From an uncultured Oscillospiraceae bacterium (GTDB lineage: Bacteria; Bacillota; Clostridia; Christensenellales; CAG-138): a stretch of 43,622 bases of DNA. The DNA is taken from positions 1-43,622 of the forward strand of contig CAYMSL010000002.1 in the NCBI GenBank assembly GCA_964393095.1. Reading direction: 5' to 3'. Below, piece by piece: positions 1-7,743 of this stretch. The translations under genes were made by a program, and so were the position numbers. Position 1 is the stretch's first letter; every line of letters begins with the position of its first letter. The notes below the pieces were generated by a model. The model made no database searches. It worked only from the letters and a program-made list of their open reading frames with translations, and was not told the DNA's origin.

Positions 1-789
1 CGCAAGACTTCCGCTTGGGCTTGGCGTGGCGGTTGGCTTTGGAGTCGGCGTGGCGGCCGCGGAGGTGATCCGAACGAAGCTCGCAAATACATAGCCGGTC
101 TTGTTTGTGCCCTTGGTTGTCACCTTATACCAGTTGCCGTTCTTTTCAAGTATGGTCAGCGCCGTACCCTTTTTGAGCGTACCCTGGCTTTTGTAGCTCG
201 TTCCCGGGCCGGTGCGGAAGTTGACGCCGCTTGTAATGATTTCGCCGGCCGCCAAGGCGTAGCCGCTCGCCGGGTCCACCTTTGAGACGATCTTGATATA
301 CAGCGGCGAGATGTAGCCCTCCTTGCCGGTCGCGTGTACTTTTACCCTGTACCAGCCGGTTTTCGCGTCGGCGGAGTAGAGCGTCAGCCCTGCGTTGGCG
401 GATACGACCGCAAGGCGTTCGCTCTGCTTCGTGGCTTCCTTGCGCAAATTGACGCTGGAGGTGGTTACGCCAAGCGCGTAGGCCGCGAGACTTGCGCCGT
501 TGACGCTGATGTATTTCCCGCTCACATAGCCGCTTTTGCCCGTTGAAGGCACATCGATGCGCAGCCAGGCGCCGGATATCTCGTAGATGTTGACGGCGGT
601 GTTTTTTTTGAGCGTATCCACAATGGAGCTGCCCGTACCGGCGCCTTTGCGCATATTGAGCTTCGCGGCGTTGACATACCCCGTTGCAAGCGTGCTCGCG
701 GCGTGCGCCGCGCGCACGGGCAGCGCGGCCGGCAGCAGCGCAAGGCACAATAGCACCGTCATGAGCTGTAGCGTCCGTCGTTTCCGCAT
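1..789 (-). CDS. Secreted protein with tandem bacterial SH3 (SH3b) repeats; partial, 3' end lies beyond the window start
   Basis: Not in the supplied ORF track (no stop inside the window). Reverse-strand ATG at 789-787 is preceded by GGAGGA (803-798). It translates to MRKRRTLQLMTVLLCLALLPAALPVRAAHA, a signal peptide. About four SH3b-type repeats follow (GYV..a.LNmRkG.gT...v..l.k.t.v.i....g.WyrV....G..GYv...Yi). A Pro/Thr linker (TPTPKPTATPSPS) lies at the window edge. The frame is open over all 263 codons. Confidence 0.8.
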   Translation of the reverse strand, partial: MRKRRTLQLMTVLLCLALLPAALPVRAAHAASTLATGYVNAAKLNMRKGAGTGSSIVDTLKKNTAVNIYEISGAWLRIDVPSTGKSGYVSGKYISVNGASLAAYALGVTTSSVNLRKEATKQSERLAVVSANAGLTLYSADAKTGWYRVKVHATGKEGYISPLYIKIVSKVDPASGYALAAGEIITSGVNFRTGPGTSYKSQGTLKKGTALTILEKNGNWYKVTTKGTNKTGYVFASFVRITSAAATPTPKPTATPSPSGSLA

Positions 790-1085
790 GGTGTTTATCC
801 TCCTTGCGGCGTGCGCCGCATCTGGTGTAGTATGCATTCCAATATACTTATATGCTTGTCCATCGGCCAATATTTGTCGATACAAAAAGAACGAGAATTT
901 GTGCCCGTTTCGCACGCCGCGGCATACGTAAAATGTGGTGTAATCAGGCGGCGGACGGGAAACGCGGGCAGGAAGAGTCTCTTGTTACATGCGGGCCAAT
1001 CCGCGGGCGTGAGGCGCAGGCGTTACAGGCTAGCGCACTATTCTGCCTAATTATACAAGTATTGTCACAAATATGTAACTTTCAC

Positions 1086-1114
1086 TTGACAACATGGTTT
1101 CTTCGTGTTAGTTT
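1086..1114 (+). promoter_or_regulatory. Candidate sigma-70 promoter for the riboswitch/Tad transcript
   Basis: TTGACA at 1086-1091, a 17-nt spacer, then TAGTTT at 1109-1114 (keeps the TA...T core). It sits in the AT-rich part of the 790-1333 divergent intergenic region. Transcription would start about 15 nt before the aptamer. Confidence 0.35.
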
Positions 1115-1134
1115 ACATGTATATTATGGAAGTC

Positions 1135-1232
1135 TTAATCGCACAGGCAAACCCCGTGAAAGCGGGCGACGCAAAGCTACAGGGCCTAACGACGCAGCCG
1201 CGTTTATGGCAGCCAGTTGCCGAATGGGTAGA
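1135..1232 (+). promoter_or_regulatory. c-di-GMP-I (GEMM-I) riboswitch aptamer
   Basis: CGCACAGGCAAACC starts at 1140. A hairpin CCCGU-GAAA-GCGGG (1153-1166) carries a GNRA tetraloop. The conserved core ACGCAAAGC is at 1169-1177. The second hairpin carries both halves of a GAAA tetraloop receptor: CCUAAC at 1185-1190 and UAUGG at 1205-1209. The closing segment is GCCGAAUGGG at 1219-1228. Order and sequence parallel the V. cholerae Vc2 aptamer as I recall it. It lies 100 nt upstream of the tadV start. Confidence 0.8.
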
Positions 1233-1333
1233 TGACCGCTTATTTTCCTATGCGGGATTCTTTTGTTGGGCAGCTTGACAAACAAGGTGTCCTTTTGTGC
1301 ACCCGGCGAATGCTTTGAAAGGAGGTTAAACGC

Positions 1334-1954
1334 ATGGTAAAACTCTGGATCATCCTCATCGGTGCGGCCGCAGGCGCGGCGCTGATTGTTCCGGTTGAGT
1401 TCCTTTGCGCCCGCCTCCTTCGGCAGCGCGGCAGGGAGTTTAGCATGACAAAAAAACACCGCCTATGGATGCTGCTCTGCCTTACGCTCTGCGGCGCTCT
1501 GATCGGCTGGCGCGCGAGTGTTACGTGGCGGGCGCTGTATCTTTTGCTCATGCTCGGGGTCGCCGCAAGCGTGGCCTATATCGACGCGACCACGCGGTTG
1601 ATTCCAAACGAACTTGTGCTCTCCGTCATCGCGCTGGCGGCGATATTTGGGTTTAGCGGGGCCATCACGTTTCGCATCGGCTCCTCGCTGCTGGGATTTG
1701 CCGTTTGCCTCATCGTGTTTTTGCTGCCCGCGCTGTTTCGTAAAGCGGTCGGCGAAGGCGACGTCAAGCTCGCGGCGGCGATGGGATTTGCGCTCGGTCT
1801 GACCAACAGCCTTTACGCGATCGTCTGCATGGGCATACTCGTGTTCCTCTATTTCATCATAGAGCGGAAGGCGCCGCTTGTGGCGAGTTTGAAGGCGATG
1901 ATCCCGATGGGACCGTTTCTTGCGGCGGCGCTTGTGGTTGTGTCGGCGTTATGA
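1334..1954 (+). CDS. tadV: Prepilin peptidase, A24 family (TadV/CpaA-type)
   Basis: ATG 1334 follows GAAAGGAGG (1317-1325). The protein is polytopic. It carries both aspartyl-protease motifs: AYIDATTRLIPNEL and GEGDVKLAAAMGFALG (the GxGD type). Confidence 0.85.
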   Translation: MVKLWIILIGAAAGAALIVPVEFLCARLLRQRGREFSMTKKHRLWMLLCLTLCGALIGWRASVTWRALYLLLMLGVAASVAYIDATTRLIPNELVLSVIALAAIFGFSGAITFRIGSSLLGFAVCLIVFLLPALFRKAVGEGDVKLAAAMGFALGLTNSLYAIVCMGILVFLYFIIERKAPLVASLKAMIPMGPFLAAALVVVSAL

Positions 1955-2162
1955 TATGACGGGCCGCGCGCGGTGCGCGCCAGGCGCCCGGTTTGGGTTT
2001 CGATTCATAAGGGGGTGGTCGGGGGTTTTTGCGATCGGGTTTGCGGGTATGGCTGGTGTGCCCGCGTCGGACAACGTCCCGCATGGCGCGGGACATGCAG
2101 CGTCGTATACCGGGGGAGGGGTCTCCCCATCAAAAAATAAAAGCAAATGGAGGAATCTTATC

Positions 2163-2339
2163 ATGAAAAACTTCTTCAAGGGTGAAAGCGGTCAGGGCAT
2201 GGTCGAGTACGGCCTGATCATCGCGCTCGTTGCCGTCGCCGTTCTCGTCGCACTCGGCGCGCTGGGCACAAGCACCAGCGGTATCTTCGATAAGATCACG
2301 GCCAAGCTCGGCGGCGGCGAAGCCGCGCCAGTCGATTGA
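2163..2339 (+). CDS. flp: Flp-family pilin 1 (58 aa)
   Basis: Internal ATG 2163 of track ORF 1920-2339, after TGGAGGA (2147-2153). Sequence MKNFFKGESGQGMVEYGLIIALVAVAVLVALGALG... has the Flp prepilin signature: G then xxxEY followed by a hydrophobic helix. Confidence 0.9.
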   Translation: MKNFFKGESGQGMVEYGLIIALVAVAVLVALGALGTSTSGIFDKITAKLGGGEAAPVD

Positions 2340-2366
2340 TTTGTTTCGGACGCGCGGGCGGTCATC

Positions 2367-2528
2367 ATGAGACGCTTTTTAACCAACGAAAGCGGGCAGG
2401 GCTTGGTCGAGTACGGCCTGATTATTGCGCTTGTCGCCGTCATAGCGTTGGTCGGCCTCACCGCGTTTCGGGACGAAACCGGCGTTCTCTTCAGCGGCAT
2501 CGAAGCAAAGCTGCCGCCGGGATTCTAA
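2367..2528 (+). CDS. flp: Flp-family pilin 2 (53 aa)
   Basis: Too short for the ORF track. ATG 2367, TAA 2526-2528. It translates to MRRFLTNESGQGLVEYGLIIALVAVIALVGLTAFRDETGVLFSGIEAKLPPGF. The Flp motif is the same as in pilin 1, but the C-terminus diverges. Confidence 0.85.
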   Translation: MRRFLTNESGQGLVEYGLIIALVAVIALVGLTAFRDETGVLFSGIEAKLPPGF

Positions 2529-2620
2529 GCGAGCCTGCGAGCGCGCGGCCGGTTGGCACGAAGTACTTTTGCGAACAAAAGCCGCCGGAGCCGGCGTTCC
2601 TGCCGTACGGCAAAGACATC

Positions 2621-2649
2621 GGCTTGCCCTTCGGTATCGGGGGCAAGCC
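2621..2649 (+). terminator. Stem-loop between pilin genes and tadE (possible attenuator or mRNA-stabilising hairpin)
   Basis: GGCTTGCCC (2621-2629) pairs perfectly with GGGCAAGCC (2641-2649) across an 11-nt loop. Only TT follows, so it is not a canonical intrinsic terminator. Confidence 0.3.
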
Positions 2650-2695
2650 TTCAGCGAAAGCGGCAGCGAAAAGACACGTAAGGGAGGGAGCACAG

Positions 2696-3109
2696 GTGCA
2701 AAAGAGATGGACCGGGCGGCGTGAAAACGGACAGTCGGTCGTCGAGCTTGCGCTGACGCTCCCTTTTCTGCTCCTTTTGATCTGCGGCATGATCGAGATG
2801 GGCTGGCTCGCGGCCAACCGACTCGTGCTCGACAACATTACGCGCGAAGGCGTTCGCGCCGGCATCGTCGCGAGCAGCGCGGCGAGTAACACCGCCGATG
2901 TCGTCGCGCGCATCAACGACATGAAGCCGGATTATATGAGCGACGAACTGGGCATCGCGGTGACGTACTCGAACCCCTCGAACTTCCGCGACGGGGACAT
3001 CACGGTCGTCACCACCTACGACCTGCCGACGATTACGCCGCTGACCGAGTTCCTGGCCGAAGACGGCGCGTTTCATCTGCGCGCCGAGTGTACGATGAAG
3101 ATGAGCTAG
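2696..3109 (+). CDS. tadE: TadE-like pseudopilin / pilus assembly protein
   Basis: In-frame GTG 2696 after AGGGAGGGAG (2681-2690) within track ORF 2336-3109. The N-terminus (V)QKRWTGRRENGQSVVELALTLPFLLLLICGMIEMG matches the TadE/TadF N-terminal motif (G..vVEfal.lP.ll.l). Confidence 0.75.
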   Translation: MQKRWTGRRENGQSVVELALTLPFLLLLICGMIEMGWLAANRLVLDNITREGVRAGIVASSAASNTADVVARINDMKPDYMSDELGIAVTYSNPSNFRDGDITVVTTYDLPTITPLTEFLAEDGAFHLRAECTMKMS

Positions 3110-3212
3110 CCATGCGGCGGTTCGGCGGCGGTTCTACGATCGTCCGGCTCGCCGTGTTTGTGTCTTTTCGGAGGGCGGCGCGCCGGCAAACGGGCGCGGG
3201 AAGGGCATCGCG

Positions 3213-4232
3213 ATGGAAAAACGGATCTTACGGCGCTGGAAGCGGTTTGCGGCGAAGGAACGCGGCGAGTCGCTGTTTATCATCGCGTTTGCGTTGACGG
3301 CGCTTATCGGCGTAACCGCGCTCGTAACGGATTTGGGCATGGCCTACGTCAAAACGGCGCAAACGCAGACCGCTGCGGACGCGGCGGCGCTGGCCGCAGG
3401 GATGAAGCTGCCGATTAAAAGCTCCGACACGGCGGCGATCGCCCAGGCAACGGCGATTGCGCAGGACTACCTCACAAAAAACGGCGTTTCCGATCCGTCC
3501 GCCGCGGAGATTACCTTTGGCGAACTCAGCGACGGCGCCTATCACGCGATCGCCGTTTCGCAGCCCGCGGTATCCGAAACGGCATTTGCGAAGATATTCA
3601 GCATCGACGAGATCGCGTTCAGCCGGATGGCGGAGGCGCGGGTGCTGCCCTGCGGGGCGCTTTCCGACCTCGTTCCCCTCTCGATTGAGGAGAGCACGCT
3701 CGACGGGATGATCGCAAGCGGCTCAACCGAGCATGCGATCCTCAAATACGGCAAGAAGACGGATGAAGTCCAGCACGGCTCGTTTGGTGCGATCGACCTC
3801 GACGGCGTGCAGGGCGGCGGGGCGAACGACTATAAAAACTGGCTCGCCAACGGATATCAATCGAAGCTCACCATCGGCACGACGCTGCCGGTCGAATCCG
3901 GCAACATGGCCGGTCCGACCTATTCCGGCATCGTGCAGCGATACAACGCCTGCACGCATTACCCTTCGAGCGGCGGGTGCAATTTGCACCGCTATGTCGA
4001 CGACTGCCCGCGCGTGATGAAGGTGCCGGTGATCGTCTATACGACAAGCCAGCACAAGTACGTAAAAGACGTCGGGTTTGCCGCGTTTGTACTCGAGGAC
4101 TATGCGACCTATGAGAGCAAGGGCTGCGTGGTCGGCTCCTATGTCAACATGGTCAACATCGGCGCGGCGGACGCGAACCTGAGCGGCAGCGCGGAAAACT
4201 ACGGCGTATACAGCCTCGTACTAAGCAAATAG
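3213..4232 (+). CDS. tadG: TadG-like Flp pilus assembly protein
   Basis: N-terminus ...ERGESLFIIAFALTALIGVTALVTDLGMAYVKTAQTQTAADAAALAAGM matches the TadG/Tad_N signature: a TM helix, then D.g, then L/Q.aADaAALAa. A large extracytoplasmic domain follows. Confidence 0.7.
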   Translation: MEKRILRRWKRFAAKERGESLFIIAFALTALIGVTALVTDLGMAYVKTAQTQTAADAAALAAGMKLPIKSSDTAAIAQATAIAQDYLTKNGVSDPSAAEITFGELSDGAYHAIAVSQPAVSETAFAKIFSIDEIAFSRMAEARVLPCGALSDLVPLSIEESTLDGMIASGSTEHAILKYGKKTDEVQHGSFGAIDLDGVQGGGANDYKNWLANGYQSKLTIGTTLPVESGNMAGPTYSGIVQRYNACTHYPSSGGCNLHRYVDDCPRVMKVPVIVYTTSQHKYVKDVGFAAFVLEDYATYESKGCVVGSYVNMVNIGAADANLSGSAENYGVYSLVLSK

Positions 4233-4238
4233 AAGCCG

Positions 4239-4266
4239 GGAATCTCCCGGGGAGGTTCCGCTTTTG
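4239..4266 (+). terminator. Intrinsic terminator after tadG
   Basis: GGAATCTCC (4239-4247) pairs with GGAGGTTCC (4251-4259), with one G-U pair and a 3-nt loop. GCTTTTG follows directly. A 170-nt untranslated gap then precedes cpaB. Confidence 0.5.
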
Positions 4267-4434
4267 CGCCCGATCGAAGCCGCGGCATATACGCTGAAGC
4301 TGCGGCGCTTGATCCGCGCAGGGCTTAAAAGAGTGAAAATTTATGCGGGTTAAGCCGCCTTTGAATATGGCTACATAGGCCCGCGGACAATTCGCAGGCG
4401 CCGCGTGCAGCCTTGTTATTCGGAGAGAAGGTTT

Positions 4435-5235
4435 ATGAAGAAGGTCGTTATCTTTGCCTTGATCGCCGCGCTCGCCGCGGGTACGATGCTCTATCTCTAT
4501 CTTGACAAGCTCGAGCAGACAAAGGAGATCCCGCTCGTCTACGAGGACGTGCTTGTCGCCGCGCGGGATATCCCGGCGTTTTCGGAGATTACGGTCGATA
4601 TGGTGGTCGTTAAGCAGGTGCTGCAGGGATCGTCGCATCCGCGCGCCGCGCGCGCGAGCGACGAGGCGGTGGGCTTTGTTACCGAGGGCCTCATCGTGGA
4701 GGGCGAGGAGATTCTCCCGGCCAAACTCAAACAGCAAGGGCAGGAGGAAAGCGGGCTTTCCTACCTTGTGCCGCAGGGCATGCGCGCGCTCACCGTCGCG
4801 GTGGATGAAATCTCCGGCGTCGCGGGATTTTTGCAGCGCGGGGACTATGTGGATGTGATCGCCTACACCACGACGAGCTATTCGCTCGAGGATGCGGCGC
4901 AGCCGGAGGGCGCGGGCGGGGACGCGGCGCAGCCGGAGGGCGCGGCCGAGAACGCGGCAGCGCGGGCGACGCAAAGCACGAGCGTCGTTGCCGCCCAAAA
5001 CGTCCGCGTGGCGGCGGTCGGCAGGACGCTTCAGCGCGCCGCAGCAGGCAGTGGCGGGGCGTCGGGAGAGGTCTACGGCAGCGTTACGCTCTTTCTCACG
5101 CCTACGGATGTCATGCGCGTGCTTCAGGCCGCAAAGGGCGGCATCATCACGATCGTTCTGCGCGCGTCGGGCGACCACGCGCCGCTTGTCGAAGAGCCTG
5201 TTGTAAACGATACGCTGCTCGATCGCGCCGAATGA
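4435..5235 (+). CDS. cpaB: CpaB/RcpC-family Flp pilus assembly protein (N-terminal TM anchor, SAF domain, RcpC domain)
   Basis: ATG 4435 after GGAGAGAAGG (4422-4431). Sequence MKKVVIFALIAALAAGTMLYLYL forms the membrane anchor. VLVAARDIPAFSEIT is SAF-like. GMRALTVAVDEISGVAGFLQRGDYVDVIAY is RcpC/CpaB-like. Confidence 0.8.
   Translation: MKKVVIFALIAALAAGTMLYLYLDKLEQTKEIPLVYEDVLVAARDIPAFSEITVDMVVVKQVLQGSSHPRAARASDEAVGFVTEGLIVEGEEILPAKLKQQGQEESGLSYLVPQGMRALTVAVDEISGVAGFLQRGDYVDVIAYTTTSYSLEDAAQPEGAGGDAAQPEGAAENAAARATQSTSVVAAQNVRVAAVGRTLQRAAAGSGGASGEVYGSVTLFLTPTDVMRVLQAAKGGIITIVLRASGDHAPLVEEPVVNDTLLDRAE
4891..4950 (+). repeat. In-frame 30-bp tandem duplication inside cpaB
   Basis: gatgcggcgcagccggagggcgcgggcggg is followed by gacgcggcgcagccggagggcgcggccgag (27/30 identical). 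They encode DAAQPEGAGG and DAAQPEGAAE in a low-complexity linker. Confidence 0.9.
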
Positions 5236-5245
5236 GGAGAAGAGG

Positions 5246-6373
5246 ATGGACAGCGTAAGGATCATGCTGGCGGCGTTTTCCGCCGAGGATAGAAAGGCGG
5301 CGGCGGCGCTGTTGCAGGACGAATCCCTGCGCATCGTCTGCACACTCCGCCCGGATAAGGACGGACTCAGGAAGGCGGGCACGCAGCCGGCGGATGTATT
5401 GCTGCTCTGCACGCGCGGCGCACCGGAGGCGGAGTTCGACTTTGCCGAGCGTATGTACACAAGCCGCAGCGACATCACGACGCTGCTGCTGATGCAGCGC
5501 CCCAGGATGAGCGATATCGAGCGGGCGATGAGCAGCGGCATCGCGCGCGTGCTCGATATCGCAAGCGGCGTCGACGCAATCAAGTCCGAGATCGTTCTTG
5601 CCGCGAGGCGCGACCAGCACCGGCGCAGCAGCATGACGAAGGTGGCGAGCTACGACGCGCGCGTCATCGCGTTTTTTTCGCCGAAAGGCGGCGTGGGCAA
5701 GACGACGCTCGCGGTCAACACCGCCTGCGCGCTGGCGGCATTGAATAAAAAAGTCGCGCTCGTCGACCTGAATTTGCAATTTGGCGACGTGGGCGTCTTT
5801 CTTGATGTTCCGAAGGGCGATACCATTGCGGACATGGTCGAGGAGCAGACTTTTGAGCTTGCCACGGTAAAGAGCTACCTCATACAGCACCAAAGCGGCG
5901 TGATGGTGCTGCTTTCGAGCAGTTCGCCGGAGTACGCCGAACTGATCCGCCCCGAGCACATCGAGGCGATTCTTTCGGTGCTGCGGCCGGAGTTTGACTA
6001 TGTTGTTGTGGATCTCGGTACGGCGCTTTCGGACTGCGCCGTCTCGGCCCTCGAGCTTGCGGACACGATCTACCTTGTGGTGAACGAGGATATCGCGGCC
6101 CTGCACGGCACCAAGCGCAGCATGAAGGTGCTCGAGGCGCTCAACCTCGGCGACAAGATCAAGATCGTGGTCAACAAGGACGGCGGTTCGAGCATCCGGG
6201 TCAAGGACGTTGCGAATCTTCTTGAGAGCGCGCCCGTGCTGAGCGTCCCGAACGATCCAAAAGCCGCGATTCACGCGATCAACCGCGGCATTGCCCTCGT
6301 GGAATGCGTGCCGCGCTCAAAGGTGTCCGCCGCGATACGCATGTTCGCCAAGTCTTTGATCAGGGGGGTATAG
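5246..6373 (+). CDS. tadZ: TadZ/CpaE-type pilus localisation ATPase (atypical receiver domain + ParA/MinD-like ATPase)
   Basis: Deviant Walker A FFSPKGGVGKTTLAVNTA. The N-terminal ~125 aa are receiver-like, but the phospho-acceptor position reads VLLLCTRG (Cys instead of Asp). This is typical of the TadZ pseudo-receiver. Confidence 0.8.
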   Translation: MDSVRIMLAAFSAEDRKAAAALLQDESLRIVCTLRPDKDGLRKAGTQPADVLLLCTRGAPEAEFDFAERMYTSRSDITTLLLMQRPRMSDIERAMSSGIARVLDIASGVDAIKSEIVLAARRDQHRRSSMTKVASYDARVIAFFSPKGGVGKTTLAVNTACALAALNKKVALVDLNLQFGDVGVFLDVPKGDTIADMVEEQTFELATVKSYLIQHQSGVMVLLSSSSPEYAELIRPEHIEAILSVLRPEFDYVVVDLGTALSDCAVSALELADTIYLVVNEDIAALHGTKRSMKVLEALNLGDKIKIVVNKDGGSSIRVKDVANLLESAPVLSVPNDPKAAIHAINRGIALVECVPRSKVSAAIRMFAKSLIRGV

Positions 6374-6376
6374 CGC

Positions 6377-7687
6377 GTGGGACTGCTCGAACGGCTGGAT
6401 AAGAAAAGCCCGTCGGCGTCCGCCGCTACGGCGCCGTCGTCCAAGACGGACGAATCGTACCTGCTGCGCGATCGCGTACAGCTGCAGGTCATCGAAACGA
6501 TCAACAAGCGCGAGGAAAAGCAGGGCGGCAACACAAACGAAACGGAGACGCGCTCCATCATCGAATCCACGCTTGAAGAGCAGGCCGCGAACATGGCGCG
6601 GCCGGAGCGCACACGGCTTGCCGGGGAGATATTCGATTCGATTCGCGGTCTCGGCCCGCTCGAAAAACTGCTTGCCGACGATACGATCACCGAGATCATG
6701 GTCAACGGCGCAAAGCAGGTATTCATCGAACGCCAGGGCAAGCTTGTGCTCACCGACGTGACGTTTTTTGACGACGACCAGCTGCTTAACGTCATCGATC
6801 GCATCGTTTCCCCGCTGGGCAGGCACGTCGACGAGGCGATGCCGATGGTCGACGCGCGTTTGCTTGACGGCTCGCGCGTGAACGCGCTGATCCCGCCGCT
6901 CTCGCTCAAGGGGCCGCTGCTCACGATCCGAAAATTTTCCCGTAATCCGCTGACCATGGAAAACCTTGTCGGCTTTGGCAGCCTGACGATCAAGATGGCG
7001 ACATTCCTCGAAGCCTGCGTAAAGGGCCGGCTCAACATTGTGATCTCAGGCGGGACCGGCAGCGGCAAAACCACGCTGCTCAACGCGCTGTCGGCGTATA
7101 TTCCGCATGGCGAGCGCATCATCACGATCGAGGACGCGGCGGAGATCCAACTGCAGCAAAGGCACGTTTTGACGCTGGAGGCGCGCCCCGCAAACCTCGA
7201 GGGAACCGGACAGATCTCCATACGCGACCTCGTGCGCAACGCGCTGCGCATGCGGCCCGACCGGATCGTCGTCGGCGAGGTGCGCGGCGGCGAGGCGCTG
7301 GACATGTTGCAGGCCATGAACACCGGCCACGACGGCTCCATGACGACCGGCCATGCCAATTCCACGCGCGATATGCTCGCGCGGCTTGAAACCATGGTGC
7401 TCATGGCGGGGATGAACCTGCCGATTCCCGCGATCCGGCAGCAGGTCGCCTCGGCGATCGATCTGATCGTGCAGCAGTCGCGTCTGCGCGACGGCAGCCG
7501 CAAGGTCACGAGCATCAGCGAGGTGGTCGGCATGGAGGGCGACGTCATCGTTACCCAGGAGATCTTTACCTACGACTACGGCGACGGCCGCTCGCCCGGG
7601 CGCTTTCGCGCGACGGGCATCAAGCCGCACTGCTGCGATAAGCTCGCGGCAAGCGGCGCGGGCGTCAAGGAAGAATGGTTTTCCTGA
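6377..7687 (+). CDS. tadA: TadA/CpaF secretion ATPase
   Basis: GTG start after AGGGGGG. Walker A ISGGTGSGKTTLLNAL. VirB11/GspE-type Asp and His boxes (RPDRIVVGEVRGGEA, GHDGSMTTGHAN). Confidence 0.9.
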   Translation: MGLLERLDKKSPSASAATAPSSKTDESYLLRDRVQLQVIETINKREEKQGGNTNETETRSIIESTLEEQAANMARPERTRLAGEIFDSIRGLGPLEKLLADDTITEIMVNGAKQVFIERQGKLVLTDVTFFDDDQLLNVIDRIVSPLGRHVDEAMPMVDARLLDGSRVNALIPPLSLKGPLLTIRKFSRNPLTMENLVGFGSLTIKMATFLEACVKGRLNIVISGGTGSGKTTLLNALSAYIPHGERIITIEDAAEIQLQQRHVLTLEARPANLEGTGQISIRDLVRNALRMRPDRIVVGEVRGGEALDMLQAMNTGHDGSMTTGHANSTRDMLARLETMVLMAGMNLPIPAIRQQVASAIDLIVQQSRLRDGSRKVTSISEVVGMEGDVIVTQEIFTYDYGDGRSPGRFRATGIKPHCCDKLAASGAGVKEEWFS

Positions 7688-7743
7688 GCGGACGCGTCCG
7701 CGTGCTCGGAAGGGCAGGGCGGGCAAGGAGGTGAAGCCGCCAC

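Noticed and set aside
146-748. 200-aa minus-strand track ORF (and + strand ORFs 334-546, 587-931, 852-1235)
   Set aside because: The translation is Arg/Gln-rich and low in complexity. It lies out of frame within the minus-strand SH3b-repeat gene (1-789), which has an RBS, a signal peptide and repeated SH3b motifs.
1233-1333. Invertible (phase-variable) switch between the riboswitch and tadV, as known downstream of some clostridial c-di-GMP riboswitches
   Set aside because: No flanking inverted repeats of useful length are visible and no recombinase gene is nearby.
2110-2128. Hairpin CCGGGGGAGGGGTCTCCCC upstream of flp1, sharing the 11-mer GGGGAGGGGTC with the hairpin at 41755-41779
   Set aside because: An 11-nt G-rich match is expected many times by chance in 43 kb of ~65 % GC DNA. 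The hairpin is followed by an A-run rather than a T-run, so it is not a terminator. It might stabilise the flp mRNA, but this is unsupported.
1920-2695. N-terminal extensions of track ORFs 1920-2339 and 2336-3109
   Set aside because: The upstream parts are Arg/Gly-rich and lack homology. The Flp pilin begins at ATG 2163 and TadE at GTG 2696, each with an RBS. The second extension also overlaps the real flp2 gene in another frame.
4153-7726. Long minus-strand ORFs antisense to the tad genes (4153-5634, 5147-6274, 6271-7548, 7046-7726)
   Set aside because: These are shadow ORFs typical of high-GC DNA. Their compositions are Arg/Ala/Pro- or Ser-rich, and they have no RBS or recognisable motifs. 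The + strand frames carry clear CpaB, TadZ and TadA signatures.
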